This document shows positions 48,521 to 57,985 of a DNA stretch of 64,000 nt, in pieces. Within the stretch, counting starts at the first letter, position 1. Every line of letters begins with the position of its first letter. The notes beneath the pieces were generated by a model that did not search any database, was not told the origin of the DNA, and saw only the letters and a program-made list of their open reading frames with translations. The translations under genes and the position numbers were made by a program. Location of the stretch: positions 64,620 to 128,619 of the forward strand of contig JBAQUL010000026.1 of the NCBI GenBank assembly GCA_049297495.1, written 5' to 3'. Source of the stretch: Candidatus Moraniibacteriota bacterium. Lineage in GTDB: Bacteria; Patescibacteriota; Minisyncoccia; Moranbacterales; UBA2206.

Positions 48521-48927
48521 TAAATTATTTTCAAAGTCAAAATGGTTAGAATGGCGATCAGAATCGCCGCCACAAAATTAATTGCATTTCGGATAATGGC
48601 AAATTTCTTGCCCAAGTGCGCCGCTTCCAATGGCAACATCGGAATCCCCACAGTTGTCCAAGAGAAAATAAAAGCGGTCACGGCCAAAAGACTCACACCT
48701 GCCCTCAAAAGTTCTCCGCCAGTCACATAACTCGCCACGGGAATGCCAAAAGAAACACTTCCGGCGAGAGCACCGACCAGAGGATCGATAATATAGTTTC
48801 CCGTAAATACCTGGGAATAATATTTTTCCAAGATTGGACCAAGATAACTGAGCAGCATCAAAATGCCCACAACAATCGGCAAGGATGTTTTCACAGTCTG
48901 AAAAGTTTTTTGCGTTGCAATTTTCAT
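48520..48927 (-). CDS. Predicted permease, membrane subunit A (multi-TM)
   Basis: A 135-aa ORF with four hydrophobic helices. Its stop overlaps the start of the downstream membrane gene. Confidence 0.45.
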   Translation of the reverse strand: MKIATQKTFQTVKTSLPIVVGILMLLSYLGPILEKYYSQVFTGNYIIDPLVGALAGSVSFGIPVASYVTGGELLRAGVSLLAVTAFIFSWTTVGIPMLPLEAAHLGKKFAIIRNAINFVAAILIAILTILTLKII

Positions 48928-48971
48928 CTCTCTTAACTATAAATTAAAAAAATATAAAAATCCAGCTTCAA

Positions 48972-49012
48972 TACAAAAGAAAGAAGGACAAAACGCAAGC
49001 GCTTTGTCCTTC
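48972..49012 (-). terminator. Rho-independent terminator
   Basis: A perfect 10-bp stem (GAAGGACAAA-acgcaagcgc-TTTGTCCTTC) followed by TTTCTTTTGTATT on the minus strand. Confidence 0.6.
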
Positions 49013-49127
49013 GGGTTAAGCTAAGGGAGGGAAAGGTTCTTGTTCTTCCCAATGTCCACACGATCGTGGAGAGGAAAATTTACCCTTTTAGTGGAATCAA
49101 TGATTCCAAACCCGGCCTTTTTTCAAA

Positions 49128-49376
49128 TCAGCTACTTTTCTTCTTTTTTCCAGCTTCCTCTTTCCATGTAAAACTTGACGCGTAATCAACGAGATCATGG
49201 AGAAAGGCCCGAGTAAACTCCTGCAACTCCTCTCTGCCAACGAGAACGCCAGGCAGCTGGGTAACAAGATTTCCCAAATCACGTCTCACACGATTGGGAT
49301 TCAACTCAAGATTCTCCTTGCCCAAAGTCACAAGAAGAACGGCATAAGCAATTTCATTCTTTCTGTTCTGTTCCAT
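49128..49376 (-). CDS. Hypothetical small protein (82 aa)
   Basis: ORF starting at MEQNRK with a terminator downstream. No domain recognised. Confidence 0.35.
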   Translation of the reverse strand: MEQNRKNEIAYAVLLVTLGKENLELNPNRVRRDLGNLVTQLPGVLVGREELQEFTRAFLHDLVDYASSFTWKEEAGKKKKSS

Positions 49377-50064
49377 GAAAAAATCTCCTTTTTTGCGTAA
49401 AAATAAAAAGAAAAAAAATAAAGGTACTCCGTGCGAGGCACAATTGCCTCTTATTATTGACGCTCCTCCTTTTAGCATCAATATACCTTTATACAGGATT
49501 TTCCGTTTCTTGTCAAGCTAAAAAATCCAAATTAAAGGCATGAACCCCAGGGCAAGCACTAGACTCTATTTGTGGCAAGCCATGGAGAATTTACTCCAAG
49601 TTAGCTCGTCCGCCGAATCCGCCAGCTGGCGGAGTAGGAGGATTAAAAAGCGGGTATCCTATGAAAGAATACTCGCTTTGCTTTGGGAGAGGCAAACCTC
49701 CCATTATGCCATGCTATTTTTTGCAGATTGTTTGGCACCAGTCTTACTCGGTGTCCACATCAGAATCAGGCAGGAAATATTGATGCCATATCTGCATCTG
49801 CTCCTCTTCGGTCAGCGGAAAGTACAGGGCCAAGCTGGAGCCCGCGCTGCTACTGTATGGTGGCCAAAATGAAACCGTGTCCCCATTTTTTCTGTTTAGC
49901 CCTTTTACCACCTTACGCATCAATGCGTGAAGGTCCTTATTTTTTATGGCAATTGGGTTCATTCCCTCGCGAGTCGCAAAGGAACAAAAAGAAATTTCTC
50001 CCAATGCATCCATCGAACGAAAGATATTATGCGTTGCATCATTCATCTCAATTCCTCTCTCTTA

Positions 50065-50436
50065 TTATTTTTGTTCATCAATTTTTTTGCAAAGCTCTCC
50101 AAGCCAATCCTTTCTTTCTTTAAGCAAGGAGAAAATTGCGACACCTACCTTTTTTCCTACTCTGTCAACTTTTTCCCGCTCTTCCGGGGTTAATTTTCCA
50201 TACCCTTCTGCCGCACCATCAACGGCTTCAAAAAACAACTTGATGCCCCAGCCAGTACATAACAGTAATGTAATGGCGAGGTTAATGCTGGGGTATAAGG
50301 TTGAAACATTTTCTTGGAACAACGATCTAAACAACCATATCCCGGAAAATAAAATTGAGACAATCAGGTACAGAACCAGAATAGCTTCAATTAAGAAGCC
50401 ACCGCTTTCCGATTTTTTGTAAGGAACCATTCTCAA
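50065..50436 (-). CDS. Hypothetical small membrane protein
   Basis: Two hydrophobic helices (FLIEAILVLYLIVSILFSGIWLF, INLAITLLLCTGWGIKLFF). The coding assignment in 49500-50450 is uncertain because both strands have ORFs and local GC is high. Confidence 0.3.
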   Translation of the reverse strand: MRMVPYKKSESGGFLIEAILVLYLIVSILFSGIWLFRSLFQENVSTLYPSINLAITLLLCTGWGIKLFFEAVDGAAEGYGKLTPEEREKVDRVGKKVGVAIFSLLKERKDWLGELCKKIDEQK

Positions 50437-50538
50437 TCCTCCTCTTTCTTTATAGATGATTTCAGATTTCAGCCACGATATTTAATTATACACCATTTCG
50501 AGGCTAAAGTCAAGAGTCGCGTAATCATCAAATTCTCA

Positions 50539-50578
50539 CAAAAAAACAGCGGCAACAGATTCACTCTGCTACCGCTGT
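50539..50578 (-). terminator. Rho-independent terminator after the small gene downstream of the DHODH gene
   Basis: Minus strand reads ACAGCGG-tagcagagtgaatctgttg-CCGCTGT-TTTTTTT. Confidence 0.6.
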
Positions 50579-50630
50579 GCTGATTTGCGCCAAAACGATT
50601 TTGACAAAAAATCAGTGCCCCTGCAGTCTT

Positions 50631-50900
50631 CTAGACTGCTTTTCTGAGCTCCGCAAACGTATCGTATCCCCACAACTGTTTGTCATCATTGCCGTCCTTG
50701 CCCCTAACTTCGACAACATCGCCACTGGCAATATTTTCCAACCCGCAATGGGCGAGAAAGCCTTTTCTGGCTATCGTGGTAATCCAAGACTCCACAAAAG
50801 AAATCTGCAAGTTATTCCCTGAGGGTTCAGTTTCGCTCACCGATTCAACAGTGAGGCGACGATATTCAGTTTCTTTCTTTTCTAACAAATGATCTTTCAC
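50631..50900 (-). CDS. Hypothetical small protein (89 aa) co-transcribed with DHODH
   Basis: The ORF begins 28 bp after the DHODH stop. A perfect palindrome (GCAGTCTTCTAGACTGC, 50623-50639) overlaps its stop codon. Confidence 0.4.
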   Translation of the reverse strand: MKDHLLEKKETEYRRLTVESVSETEPSGNNLQISFVESWITTIARKGFLAHCGLENIASGDVVEVRGKDGNDDKQLWGYDTFAELRKAV

Positions 50901-50928
50901 TTAATTGCCTCCTTTTTTGCTCATCGTT

Positions 50929-52692
50929 TCATTCTGCCACCAGCATAATACCAACCAGTTTTTCAGTAGCATCGAATCCGTGGAAAATAGCAACTTCTGC
51001 CAACTCCCCGATTGCTTGGACGTAGATATTTCTATTGGAAAATCCCGAAGTGCCAAATGCGGTTGCGGAAGCGCCGGCCATCATCAGCTCCGCTGCTGTG
51101 TAACCATTTTCATTTCCGCCCATTCCGATAATTGGAATCTCAACTGCGCGCGCCACCTGAATAATTTTCGCCACGGCGATGGCCCGAATGGCTGGTCCAG
51201 ATAATCCTGCGACCACAGTTCTAATTTTTGATCGGCGTGTCCAGATATCAATCGCCGCTCCCTCAACAGTGTTGATGAGCGAAATAATATCCGTTCCCGC
51301 GTCCACTACGGCCCGAGCAATTGGCCCAATATTCGTCACATTTGGAGTTAGCTTGGTTATCAATGGCAAATTCGTAGAATTGCGAACATGCGAAACAACC
51401 CGGAAAGCCATCTCAGAATCTTTCCCAAACAACATTCCACCGGCCTTAACATTGGGACAGGAAATATTAATTTCAATCGCTGCCAAACCGACATCGTTCA
51501 AACGTCGCGCAAGCTCGGCATATTCATCAACTGAATTCCCGTTAATATTGGCAATAATTGGAATGTCGAATTTGAGCAGTCGTGGCAAGACTTCTTTGAG
51601 AAATCTTGACAGGCCGATGTATTCAAGGCCAATGGCATTGAGCATACCCGAAGGTGTCTCACATACCCGCGGCATCAGATTGCCTGCACGCTCGTGAAGA
51701 GAAAGGCCCTTTATGACAAATGCGCCCTGCATTTCAGTCCCTACACTTCCATCACAAAAGGCATCGAGATCTAAAGTTCCCGAACAATTCATTGTAGGAT
51801 ACTTGAGGGTCAACGGTCCAAGCCGACAGGTGAAATCGATTTGAACATTTTCCTTGGGCGACCGAATATCACGCACTGAAATTATTGATGCTGAAATAAA
51901 TTTCGGCCAGTCAATCCACTTCGCATCAAAGGTCGGACCATCACTGCAAACATGCTTAACTTCTTTTCCACCTATGCCACCAAAAATGGCACAACCTTTG
52001 CACGCTCCCATTCCGCAGGCCATAATTTCTTCGACAATCACCTGGCAATCATTTTTGTGCTGCGCGCAAATTTCAGCCACTTTTCGAAGCATCACTTTCG
52101 GCCCACAGGCGATTACCTCAGAAACTCCACCGTCAATCGCCAGAGCTTCCTCAAGCAGCTCAGTGACAAAACCCTTTCTGCCTGGTCCATCTTCCGTTAT
52201 GGTAACAAGTTCGATTCCTAGATAACGAAGAAAACTTAATCCGGCAAACTGATTTTCGTTTTTTGCGCCGAGGTAAACAGTAACTTTTTTGCCTTCGGAG
52301 ATAGCCTTGCGAACCGGCTTCACAATAGCCGCTCCGCCGATACCACCAGCAATAAATATGCACCGCTTACTTTTTGGATTGAAAACAATTTCCGTTCCTT
52401 GCGGACCAATGAAATCAATCCGCTCTTTCGCCTTCAACTGCGCATAAAACTTGGTATTTATCCCTACCACTCGTAGCATAATAGTCAACACCGATTTATG
52501 GAAATCCACAACCGTGAATGGCCGTCGCATGACTAAAGTTTCAACACTTGGCAAAAGGGCAACAAACTGCCCTGCCTCGGGATTGAAACTTTCCGCCGCA
52601 TCCACCAACAATCGAAGAACGATTGTTTCTGACCCTTTTTTCTCGGGTCGGCATTCCAATACAATTCCTTTCCGCGCCTTTCTGGCTTTCAT
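50929..52692 (-). CDS. pyrKD: Dihydroorotate dehydrogenase class 1B, fused electron-transfer (PyrK-like, FAD/2Fe-2S) and catalytic (PyrD) subunits in one polypeptide
   Basis: The N-terminal half has the PyrK features: ferredoxin-reductase fold and cluster motif CGMGACKGC. The C-terminal half has the DHODH motifs: MNCSGT, INISCPN and IIGMGG. Confidence 0.75.
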   Translation of the reverse strand: MKARKARKGIVLECRPEKKGSETIVLRLLVDAAESFNPEAGQFVALLPSVETLVMRRPFTVVDFHKSVLTIMLRVVGINTKFYAQLKAKERIDFIGPQGTEIVFNPKSKRCIFIAGGIGGAAIVKPVRKAISEGKKVTVYLGAKNENQFAGLSFLRYLGIELVTITEDGPGRKGFVTELLEEALAIDGGVSEVIACGPKVMLRKVAEICAQHKNDCQVIVEEIMACGMGACKGCAIFGGIGGKEVKHVCSDGPTFDAKWIDWPKFISASIISVRDIRSPKENVQIDFTCRLGPLTLKYPTMNCSGTLDLDAFCDGSVGTEMQGAFVIKGLSLHERAGNLMPRVCETPSGMLNAIGLEYIGLSRFLKEVLPRLLKFDIPIIANINGNSVDEYAELARRLNDVGLAAIEINISCPNVKAGGMLFGKDSEMAFRVVSHVRNSTNLPLITKLTPNVTNIGPIARAVVDAGTDIISLINTVEGAAIDIWTRRSKIRTVVAGLSGPAIRAIAVAKIIQVARAVEIPIIGMGGNENGYTAAELMMAGASATAFGTSGFSNRNIYVQAIGELAEVAIFHGFDATEKLVGIMLVAE

Positions 52693-52937
52693 TTCGTCAT
52701 CCTTTCCCCTATGATTGTTCCTGATTTACTTTTCCGATATATCAAATTCGGTCATTTCCCGAAGTTTGTCAACGAACAAAAGCCCTATAATCGGGGCCCC
52801 TCCTTACAGACACACTACTGAAATTAACAATAAAAAGCAAGCTTTACGACATAATGTAAATTGCCTTATATATAAATAACATAAAAAACAAAGACGCCCA
52901 TCTTGAGCGTCCCTGCTTAATATATTTTTCTATGAAC

Positions 52938-53906
52938 TTATTGATTCCCCTCTTCTTTCTTCTTAAATATCTTCATAAAAATCACTTTGCCTATTCTATA
53001 GATTATCCAAAACAGAACCAAATAGAGCGCCATGGTCGGAAGGAAGGTTATCACAAAAACAATCAGAAAATCGACAAAATTTTGCACTTTCACAACTAGC
53101 GATCGAGTGGCATCCTTTGCCACTTGCCAGGGACGCCAAGAATCAGAGACTGTGATATTGGAGTCTTCGGACATGCTAATCGCAATGGTTGACATATCAG
53201 TCTGAGACGCTAGATAGCGTAATTTTCCTTGCAACGATTCAATTTCTCCCCTCACTCTTGAAAGCGCTTGAGTCACTTCGAGAATATCGCTAATTTTTTG
53301 TGCTTGATCTAAAACTTTTTGATAGGCCGCCTCTTCTGTCTGTTTATTCTTAATCCGCCCTTCAAGATCCTGATATTGTTCCGTCACATCCTGACCGCTA
53401 GTTGATTCGCGAAGGACAGCTGCCGCCACTTTTTTTGCTTCCGCGAAAGTTTTTTCAAAATTGGCAACTGGGACCTTAACTGAAAGTGTTCCACTTTTCA
53501 GATCCTGACTATTTTTAGAAAAATTGGAAGAAAATAAATCCCCACCATTATCTTTGGCTATTTTTCCAATTTTCAAAACCGCATCATCAACATCATCCAC
53601 TTTCAAAGTCAGATTTCCATTTTTAATCACTTTTTTATCCGTCTCCGCAAGAACTGTTTCCGACTGGCTATTTCCAGACCAATTACCGCCTGAAGTCGCC
53701 ATCTTCTCTTGACTTCCACCCATCGGACTGCTGAACGTTGAACTTGATGGTGAAGGCAAGCCCATCGAAACGGAGTCATCAAAACTATTTTGCAACATCG
53801 AGTTTCCCCGCATACTTCTCGATACCGTTCCAAAAACAGAAACAAGCACCGCAAAAACTAGGATAAAAATCCCGATTGATATCGCAATGATTTTTGTTTT
53901 GTTCAT
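52938..53906 (-). CDS. DUF4349-like membrane protein (N-terminal TM, coiled-coil core, C-terminal TM)
   Basis: Architecture and the segment (NGNLTLKVDDVDDAVLKIGKIAKDNGG ... DVTEQYQDLEGRIKNKQ ... EVTQALSRVRGEIESLQG ... STIAISMSE) match the DUF4349 pattern. TM helices are present at both ends. Confidence 0.55.
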   Translation of the reverse strand: MNKTKIIAISIGIFILVFAVLVSVFGTVSRSMRGNSMLQNSFDDSVSMGLPSPSSSTFSSPMGGSQEKMATSGGNWSGNSQSETVLAETDKKVIKNGNLTLKVDDVDDAVLKIGKIAKDNGGDLFSSNFSKNSQDLKSGTLSVKVPVANFEKTFAEAKKVAAAVLRESTSGQDVTEQYQDLEGRIKNKQTEEAAYQKVLDQAQKISDILEVTQALSRVRGEIESLQGKLRYLASQTDMSTIAISMSEDSNITVSDSWRPWQVAKDATRSLVVKVQNFVDFLIVFVITFLPTMALYLVLFWIIYRIGKVIFMKIFKKKEEGNQ

Positions 53907-53959
53907 TTTTTTTAAATTAAAATTTAGTTGAATTTATTATATAACAAAATCTTGTTTCT

Positions 53960-54000
53960 GAGAAATAAATAAAATCCCCCGTCCATTGGCTGGACAGGGG
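53960..54000 (-). terminator. Orphan minus-strand intrinsic terminator inside the 470-bp intergenic region
   Basis: Minus strand reads CCCCTGTCCA-gccaa-TGGACGGGGG then ATTTTATTTATTTCT. The nearest upstream minus-strand gene ends about 375 bp away, which suggests an unannotated small RNA. Confidence 0.4.
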
Positions 54001-54377
54001 TTCTGACATCGCCGTGTCAGGTTGGGGGCTAGATTACCCCATATATAGCTTCAACGAAAAAACCAGCCCCGATTATTAGTCGTAATAACGTATAATTCCT
54101 CAAACCTTTTCACCTCCCTTCAACAAGAATTGCTATCGATTTAAAAACAATTGAGTGTATCCAAACCAGATGCTACTGGTGATGGAAAGAGTGAATCCAA
54201 TGATTATTAGTCGCTGTAGTTTTTTTTGCATTTTACCGCCTCCCTCAAGGAACTATAATAAATAGAAAAAGAAAGTTAAAAAACAAAAACACCTAAGGGT
54301 AGGTATTTCAATTTTCATCCTTTTCCAAACTTAACTCTAACGGAAAATTAAAATTTTGTCAACCAGTGTTGTTCAAA

Positions 54378-54893
54378 TTAACATCTAATTACTATTAGCT
54401 GCCTAACAATAAGCTCGCTTGATTTTATGTATTTGCCCTTGAAATCAAACCAGACTCGTATGAAATCAGCCTTTTTCAGTTTTCTGATCTTGCCAATTTC
54501 CGGGTCTTGAAGATAGATATATTTTTCGTCCAATCCTACCACAACCGAATAGTGGCCATCCGCCACATCTGCATCAGTATAGTCCCTTCTCCCCCGCGTG
54601 AACCAATTCACAATTACCAGCACGCCACTCTTAAGCCATTTTTCGATATCCCCAAAACTGCTATTATTTTTTATATCCACTTTAAATCCCAAACTCTCTG
54701 CCGCCCGCTTGATTCCCTGAGCATCAACTCCCAACTCCTTTTTTACCCCACATAATTTCGCCAACTCTTTCTCCGACTTCTCTACGCCAAAATAGCCCAA
54801 AACAATCTTAAGCGAAGCCGGGCCACACATGCCAGCATTTAGCGTTTCTTGAAAGGGTTTTGTTTTGAGCAGTATTTTCATATAGTTTGGCAA
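54378..54893 (-). CDS. Peptidase C39-like papain-fold cysteine peptidase domain protein
   Basis: Q...CGPASLKIVLGYFG (catalytic Cys motif) and GHYSVVVGLDEKYIYLQDP (His, and the DP motif). Confidence 0.6.
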   Translation of the reverse strand: MPNYMKILLKTKPFQETLNAGMCGPASLKIVLGYFGVEKSEKELAKLCGVKKELGVDAQGIKRAAESLGFKVDIKNNSSFGDIEKWLKSGVLVIVNWFTRGRRDYTDADVADGHYSVVVGLDEKYIYLQDPEIGKIRKLKKADFIRVWFDFKGKYIKSSELIVRQLIVIRC

Positions 54894-54910
54894 TTTTTTA
54901 ATTTAAAAGA

Positions 54911-55369
54911 TTACAGGGCTATTTCAAGTATAATCATATCTCGACACTGAATTCCATTTTCATAGATAAGACTTTTGTATTTTTTGATAAAATAATCTTT
55001 CTTGATTTTTGCCATCCGAAAACCGCACTTTTGATAAAACGCCAATTGGTTGATACTGGAATTTCCGGTGCCTACGATAAGCTTTGTTACTCCAGCTTTT
55101 TTCGCTCGCTTTATCGCGTCAGCTACTAGCAATTTTCCGATGCCCCTATTTTGTTTTTCTTCAACTACAGAAAGATTAATAATTTCCAACGTATCCACAC
55201 TCTTTGAAATTAAGACGTACACCCCCACGACTTCACCACCTTCAAGCGCAGCAACGCAGTTCCCCTTTTTCAAATATTTTTTAACCGCCTCAAAAGAAGG
55301 ATCAGCCAAAAGCAGCAGCTCAAGCGGCGCTTCGCTACTTTTTATTTTTTTAATAGCAATGTTTTTCAT
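54911..55369 (-). CDS. GNAT family N-acetyltransferase
   Basis: Acetyl-CoA-binding motif (EEKQNRGIGKLLVADAIKRAKKAG). Start chosen at MKNIAIKKI. Confidence 0.7.
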   Translation of the reverse strand: MKNIAIKKIKSSEAPLELLLLADPSFEAVKKYLKKGNCVAALEGGEVVGVYVLISKSVDTLEIINLSVVEEKQNRGIGKLLVADAIKRAKKAGVTKLIVGTGNSSINQLAFYQKCGFRMAKIKKDYFIKKYKSLIYENGIQCRDMIILEIAL

Positions 55370-55419
55370 TTTTAATTTTTGGTTACCAACTAGCATTGCT
55401 CTTTCGCTTACCGTCAAAC

Positions 55420-56043
55420 TCATTTCTTGAAAGCTGACAAGCAATAATGATTTCCCTTATCCAGATGAATATCGGAAACATTAAAATTTGAAAAAAAATC
55501 GGTCAACTCCTCTGGGTTAAAATAATGGTGAGGGAGACCTTTCTCTTGACCGTCCAGCGGAACATACGTATTTGGCTCGATCATTTCAAATTTATTTCCC
55601 TGATTTTTAAACCTTGGGACTGTAATAAAAATAAATCCATCCTTCTTAAGTGTTCTTTCGATTTCCGATATAATTTTCTTTATAGTATTAACGTCCGCAT
55701 GGTGAATAACTTGCACCGAGATAATCGCATCAAAAAAATCATCTTCCCAAGGAAAATTATCCGTCATTTCTTGCTTGGTTAGTTCAGCTCTCAGGCCTTC
55801 ACGCTCAAGCTCTTTTTTTGTCATTTCTATGCCCGTCGCAGAATTATCCAGACCAAAAACTGAAAAGCCCTTTCTAGCTAAACCCATTACATGCCTCCCG
55901 CTCCCAGAACCCAGATCCAAAATTTTTTTCGCACCACGCTCTTTCAGTAACTGAATTATAGCATTCATATCTTCATGCACTTCCATGAAAACTTTACCGT
56001 CTTTCTGAAAAATTTTTTCCCAAGAATTTGTTATTTTTTTCAT
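55420..56043 (-). CDS. Class I SAM-dependent methyltransferase
   Basis: Motif I (KILDLGSGSGRHVMGLARKGFSVFGLD). Motif post-I/II (DAIISVQVIHH). Confidence 0.75.
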   Translation of the reverse strand: MKKITNSWEKIFQKDGKVFMEVHEDMNAIIQLLKERGAKKILDLGSGSGRHVMGLARKGFSVFGLDNSATGIEMTKKELEREGLRAELTKQEMTDNFPWEDDFFDAIISVQVIHHADVNTIKKIISEIERTLKKDGFIFITVPRFKNQGNKFEMIEPNTYVPLDGQEKGLPHHYFNPEELTDFFSNFNVSDIHLDKGNHYCLSAFKK

Positions 56044-56074
56044 ATCTCTATTCTAATATAAATTTGATGTAACA

Positions 56075-56644
56075 CTATTTGGCTAGCTTTTCAATGCTCC
56101 GCACAACATCCGGCAATTCCATGCAAGATTCCTCGCCCTCTATTGCGCCAGAAAAATGCTTAGCGTCATGCTTCACAATAATTTCCGCTCCTAGCTTTTC
56201 TCTGAAAATATCTGCGAATTTCAAATTCACATAGGGATCATCATCAGAATGAATTGCCACAAATCCATTTTTTGATTTGGTTTTAATTTTCGCAAGATCA
56301 AATGGGGTTTCAAAAAAATTCTGAATTTCATCATAACCGATACTCTCATTGTACCCAGCTACTAAAACCACACCTCCGACCTTTTGCTTTTCAGTCAAAG
56401 TTTCCAGATATCGCATAATCGTGGCGCAACCGATGCTGTGGCCAATGAGATATAAGTCTCCATCTGGCTCGCCAATCACTTCCTGAAGTTTCGGCACCCA
56501 CCTATCCATCCTTGGCAGTTCCGTTTCCGGAAAAGCCGGTACTTTGACCTGGAAACCTTTCGCCTCCAGTTCTTTTTTAACCCAAGGGTACCAACAATAA
56601 GCTGGATAGCCTTCCCAACAATGAACAATAATTGCTCGTTTCAT
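56075..56644 (-). CDS. YdeN/RBBP9-type alpha/beta serine hydrolase (paralog 1)
   Basis: About 189 aa. Nucleophile elbow (LIGHSIGCAT). N-terminus (MKRAIIVHCWEGYP). It is a paralog of 60719-61261. Confidence 0.6.
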   Translation of the reverse strand: MKRAIIVHCWEGYPAYCWYPWVKKELEAKGFQVKVPAFPETELPRMDRWVPKLQEVIGEPDGDLYLIGHSIGCATIMRYLETLTEKQKVGGVVLVAGYNESIGYDEIQNFFETPFDLAKIKTKSKNGFVAIHSDDDPYVNLKFADIFREKLGAEIIVKHDAKHFSGAIEGEESCMELPDVVRSIEKLAK

Positions 56645-56660
56645 AATAAGTTACCAATTG
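56604..56660. repeat. 57-bp segment (5' end and upstream leader of the YdeN hydrolase gene) duplicated at 57986-58042
   Basis: 54 of 57 positions are identical between the two copies. Confidence 0.75.
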
Positions 56661-57094
56661 ATATTATTCGCTCGCAAAAATACCCTCGAACACAGTGACC
56701 CCTCTTTGGCTGATTTTTTTAAATCAGTCACATCGTCAGTCCATTTTTGTTCAACATATTGAGTCACACCTTCGACCGCTTGAGGAACAACAGGTTCTCC
56801 GGCTATTATTCTCGCTTCATAATCCCGAAGGACTAAAACATATTTCCCACGATCGATGGTATCTTCCCCAAGCATTTCTACTATCTCCACATCAACACCA
56901 AGCTTGTTTTTTGCCGCTCTTTTTATCGTATCCTCCCATTCTTCCGCAATATCTTTTTTGGAAGCAGCAGGAAATCCCCAATGACCCGCCATGTCAGAAT
57001 CGTCTTTGGGACGTTTCACGATCAAAAACTTTGACCGATCTTCATTATAAATCACCAAGGCAACAGAAGTTGTTACTGGTTTTGGATTATTCAT
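56651..57094 (-). CDS. NUDIX-fold protein with degenerate Nudix box
   Basis: Nudix-like beta-strand and loop pattern (VALVIYNEDRSKFLIVKRPKDD...GHWGFPAASKKDIAEEWEDTIKRAAKNKLGV). The REx2EE catalytic residues are replaced (KRAAKNKLG). Confidence 0.4.
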   Translation of the reverse strand: MNNPKPVTTSVALVIYNEDRSKFLIVKRPKDDSDMAGHWGFPAASKKDIAEEWEDTIKRAAKNKLGVDVEIVEMLGEDTIDRGKYVLVLRDYEARIIAGEPVVPQAVEGVTQYVEQKWTDDVTDLKKSAKEGSLCSRVFLRANNINW

Positions 57095-57131
57095 TTTATC
57101 GATATGGCTAACGATTACTAATTATGCGGTA

Positions 57132-57140
57132 ATTATATCA
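57132..57140 (-). promoter_or_regulatory. Extended -10 (TGATATAAT) for the NUDIX-fold gene, about 40 nt upstream of ATG 57094
   Basis: Minus strand reads CGTGATATAATT. Confidence 0.4.
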
Positions 57141-57157
57141 CGTCACGGATTACGGAC

Positions 57158-57180
57158 TAGTCGAGAACCGTCCTCGATTT
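57158..57180. promoter_or_regulatory. Palindromic element TAGTCGAGAACCGTCCTCGATTT (copy 1 of 2), at -35 position of the NUDIX-fold gene promoter
   Basis: A near-identical element is at 59495-59517. Copy 2 contains the perfect 18-bp palindrome TCGAGGACCGGTCCTCGA. Confidence 0.5.
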
Positions 57181-57187
57181 ACTGGAT

Positions 57188-57916
57188 TTACTGCGCCGTC
57201 CAGCCTCCGTCCACATAGAGGATTGAACCCGTCACAAATTTTGATTCGTCAGACGCCAAATACACCGCCGCGTAAGCAATATCTTCTGGTTCCCCCATAT
57301 GTCCCAAGGGGGTCGCCAAAGAAATTGCTACGTTAGCCCCGGCATCATCCTGCATTCCTTTTGTCATTTGAGTTTTGATGAAACCTGGAGCAATGGAATT
57401 CACCCGAATCCCATCAGCTGCCATTTCCAATGCGGCTGTGCGCGTAAGTTGATTTACTCCGCCCTTGGACGCACAATAAGCCCCCGCTGTTTTGAAACCA
57501 ACTTGTCCCAAAATAGAAGCCATATTGATAATTGAACCTTGGATGTTCTTTTTTTTCATACTACTGCCCGCCTCTCTTATTCCATAAAAAACCCCGCTCA
57601 AATTTACTGCGATTACTTTTTCCCAAACTTCATCCGACATCGTCGCAATCTCTCCCACCAATCCGACACCGGCATTGTTTACCATGATATCCAATTGTCC
57701 AAATTTTTCCACTGCAACGTCTATCAGCTTTTTTATGTCCTCTTTTTTGGAAGAATCCGCTTTGACAAAAATTCCATTTTCTCCCATTTCATCCGGATAA
57801 GGATTGACATCAGAAAAAACCACCTTGGCTCCCTCGGACAGATACATTTTGACAATTGCCTTGCCGATACCAGAGGAAGCTCCGGTCACAATCGCCACTT
57901 TATTTTCCAGTCGCAT
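57188..57916 (-). CDS. Short-chain dehydrogenase/reductase (SDR) family oxidoreductase
   Basis: VAIVTGASSGIGKAIV (TGxxxGxG), NNAG, and the catalytic YCASKGG (YxxxK). Confidence 0.85.
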   Translation of the reverse strand: MRLENKVAIVTGASSGIGKAIVKMYLSEGAKVVFSDVNPYPDEMGENGIFVKADSSKKEDIKKLIDVAVEKFGQLDIMVNNAGVGLVGEIATMSDEVWEKVIAVNLSGVFYGIREAGSSMKKKNIQGSIINMASILGQVGFKTAGAYCASKGGVNQLTRTAALEMAADGIRVNSIAPGFIKTQMTKGMQDDAGANVAISLATPLGHMGEPEDIAYAAVYLASDESKFVTGSILYVDGGWTAQ

Positions 57917-57985
57917 AGTTTTTTTATTAATAATTAGCCCTTAATTTCACCTACTAATTATAGCACGAATCTCTTAGGCATTTGC

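Noticed and set aside
49540-50123. Competing ORFs on both strands (49540-49872 +, 49683-50123 +, 49744-50046 -) in a GC-richer patch with a perfect CCGCCAGCTGGCGG palindrome
   Set aside because: None has recognisable motifs or translation signals. They are left uncalled, and the region could instead be a structured non-coding element.
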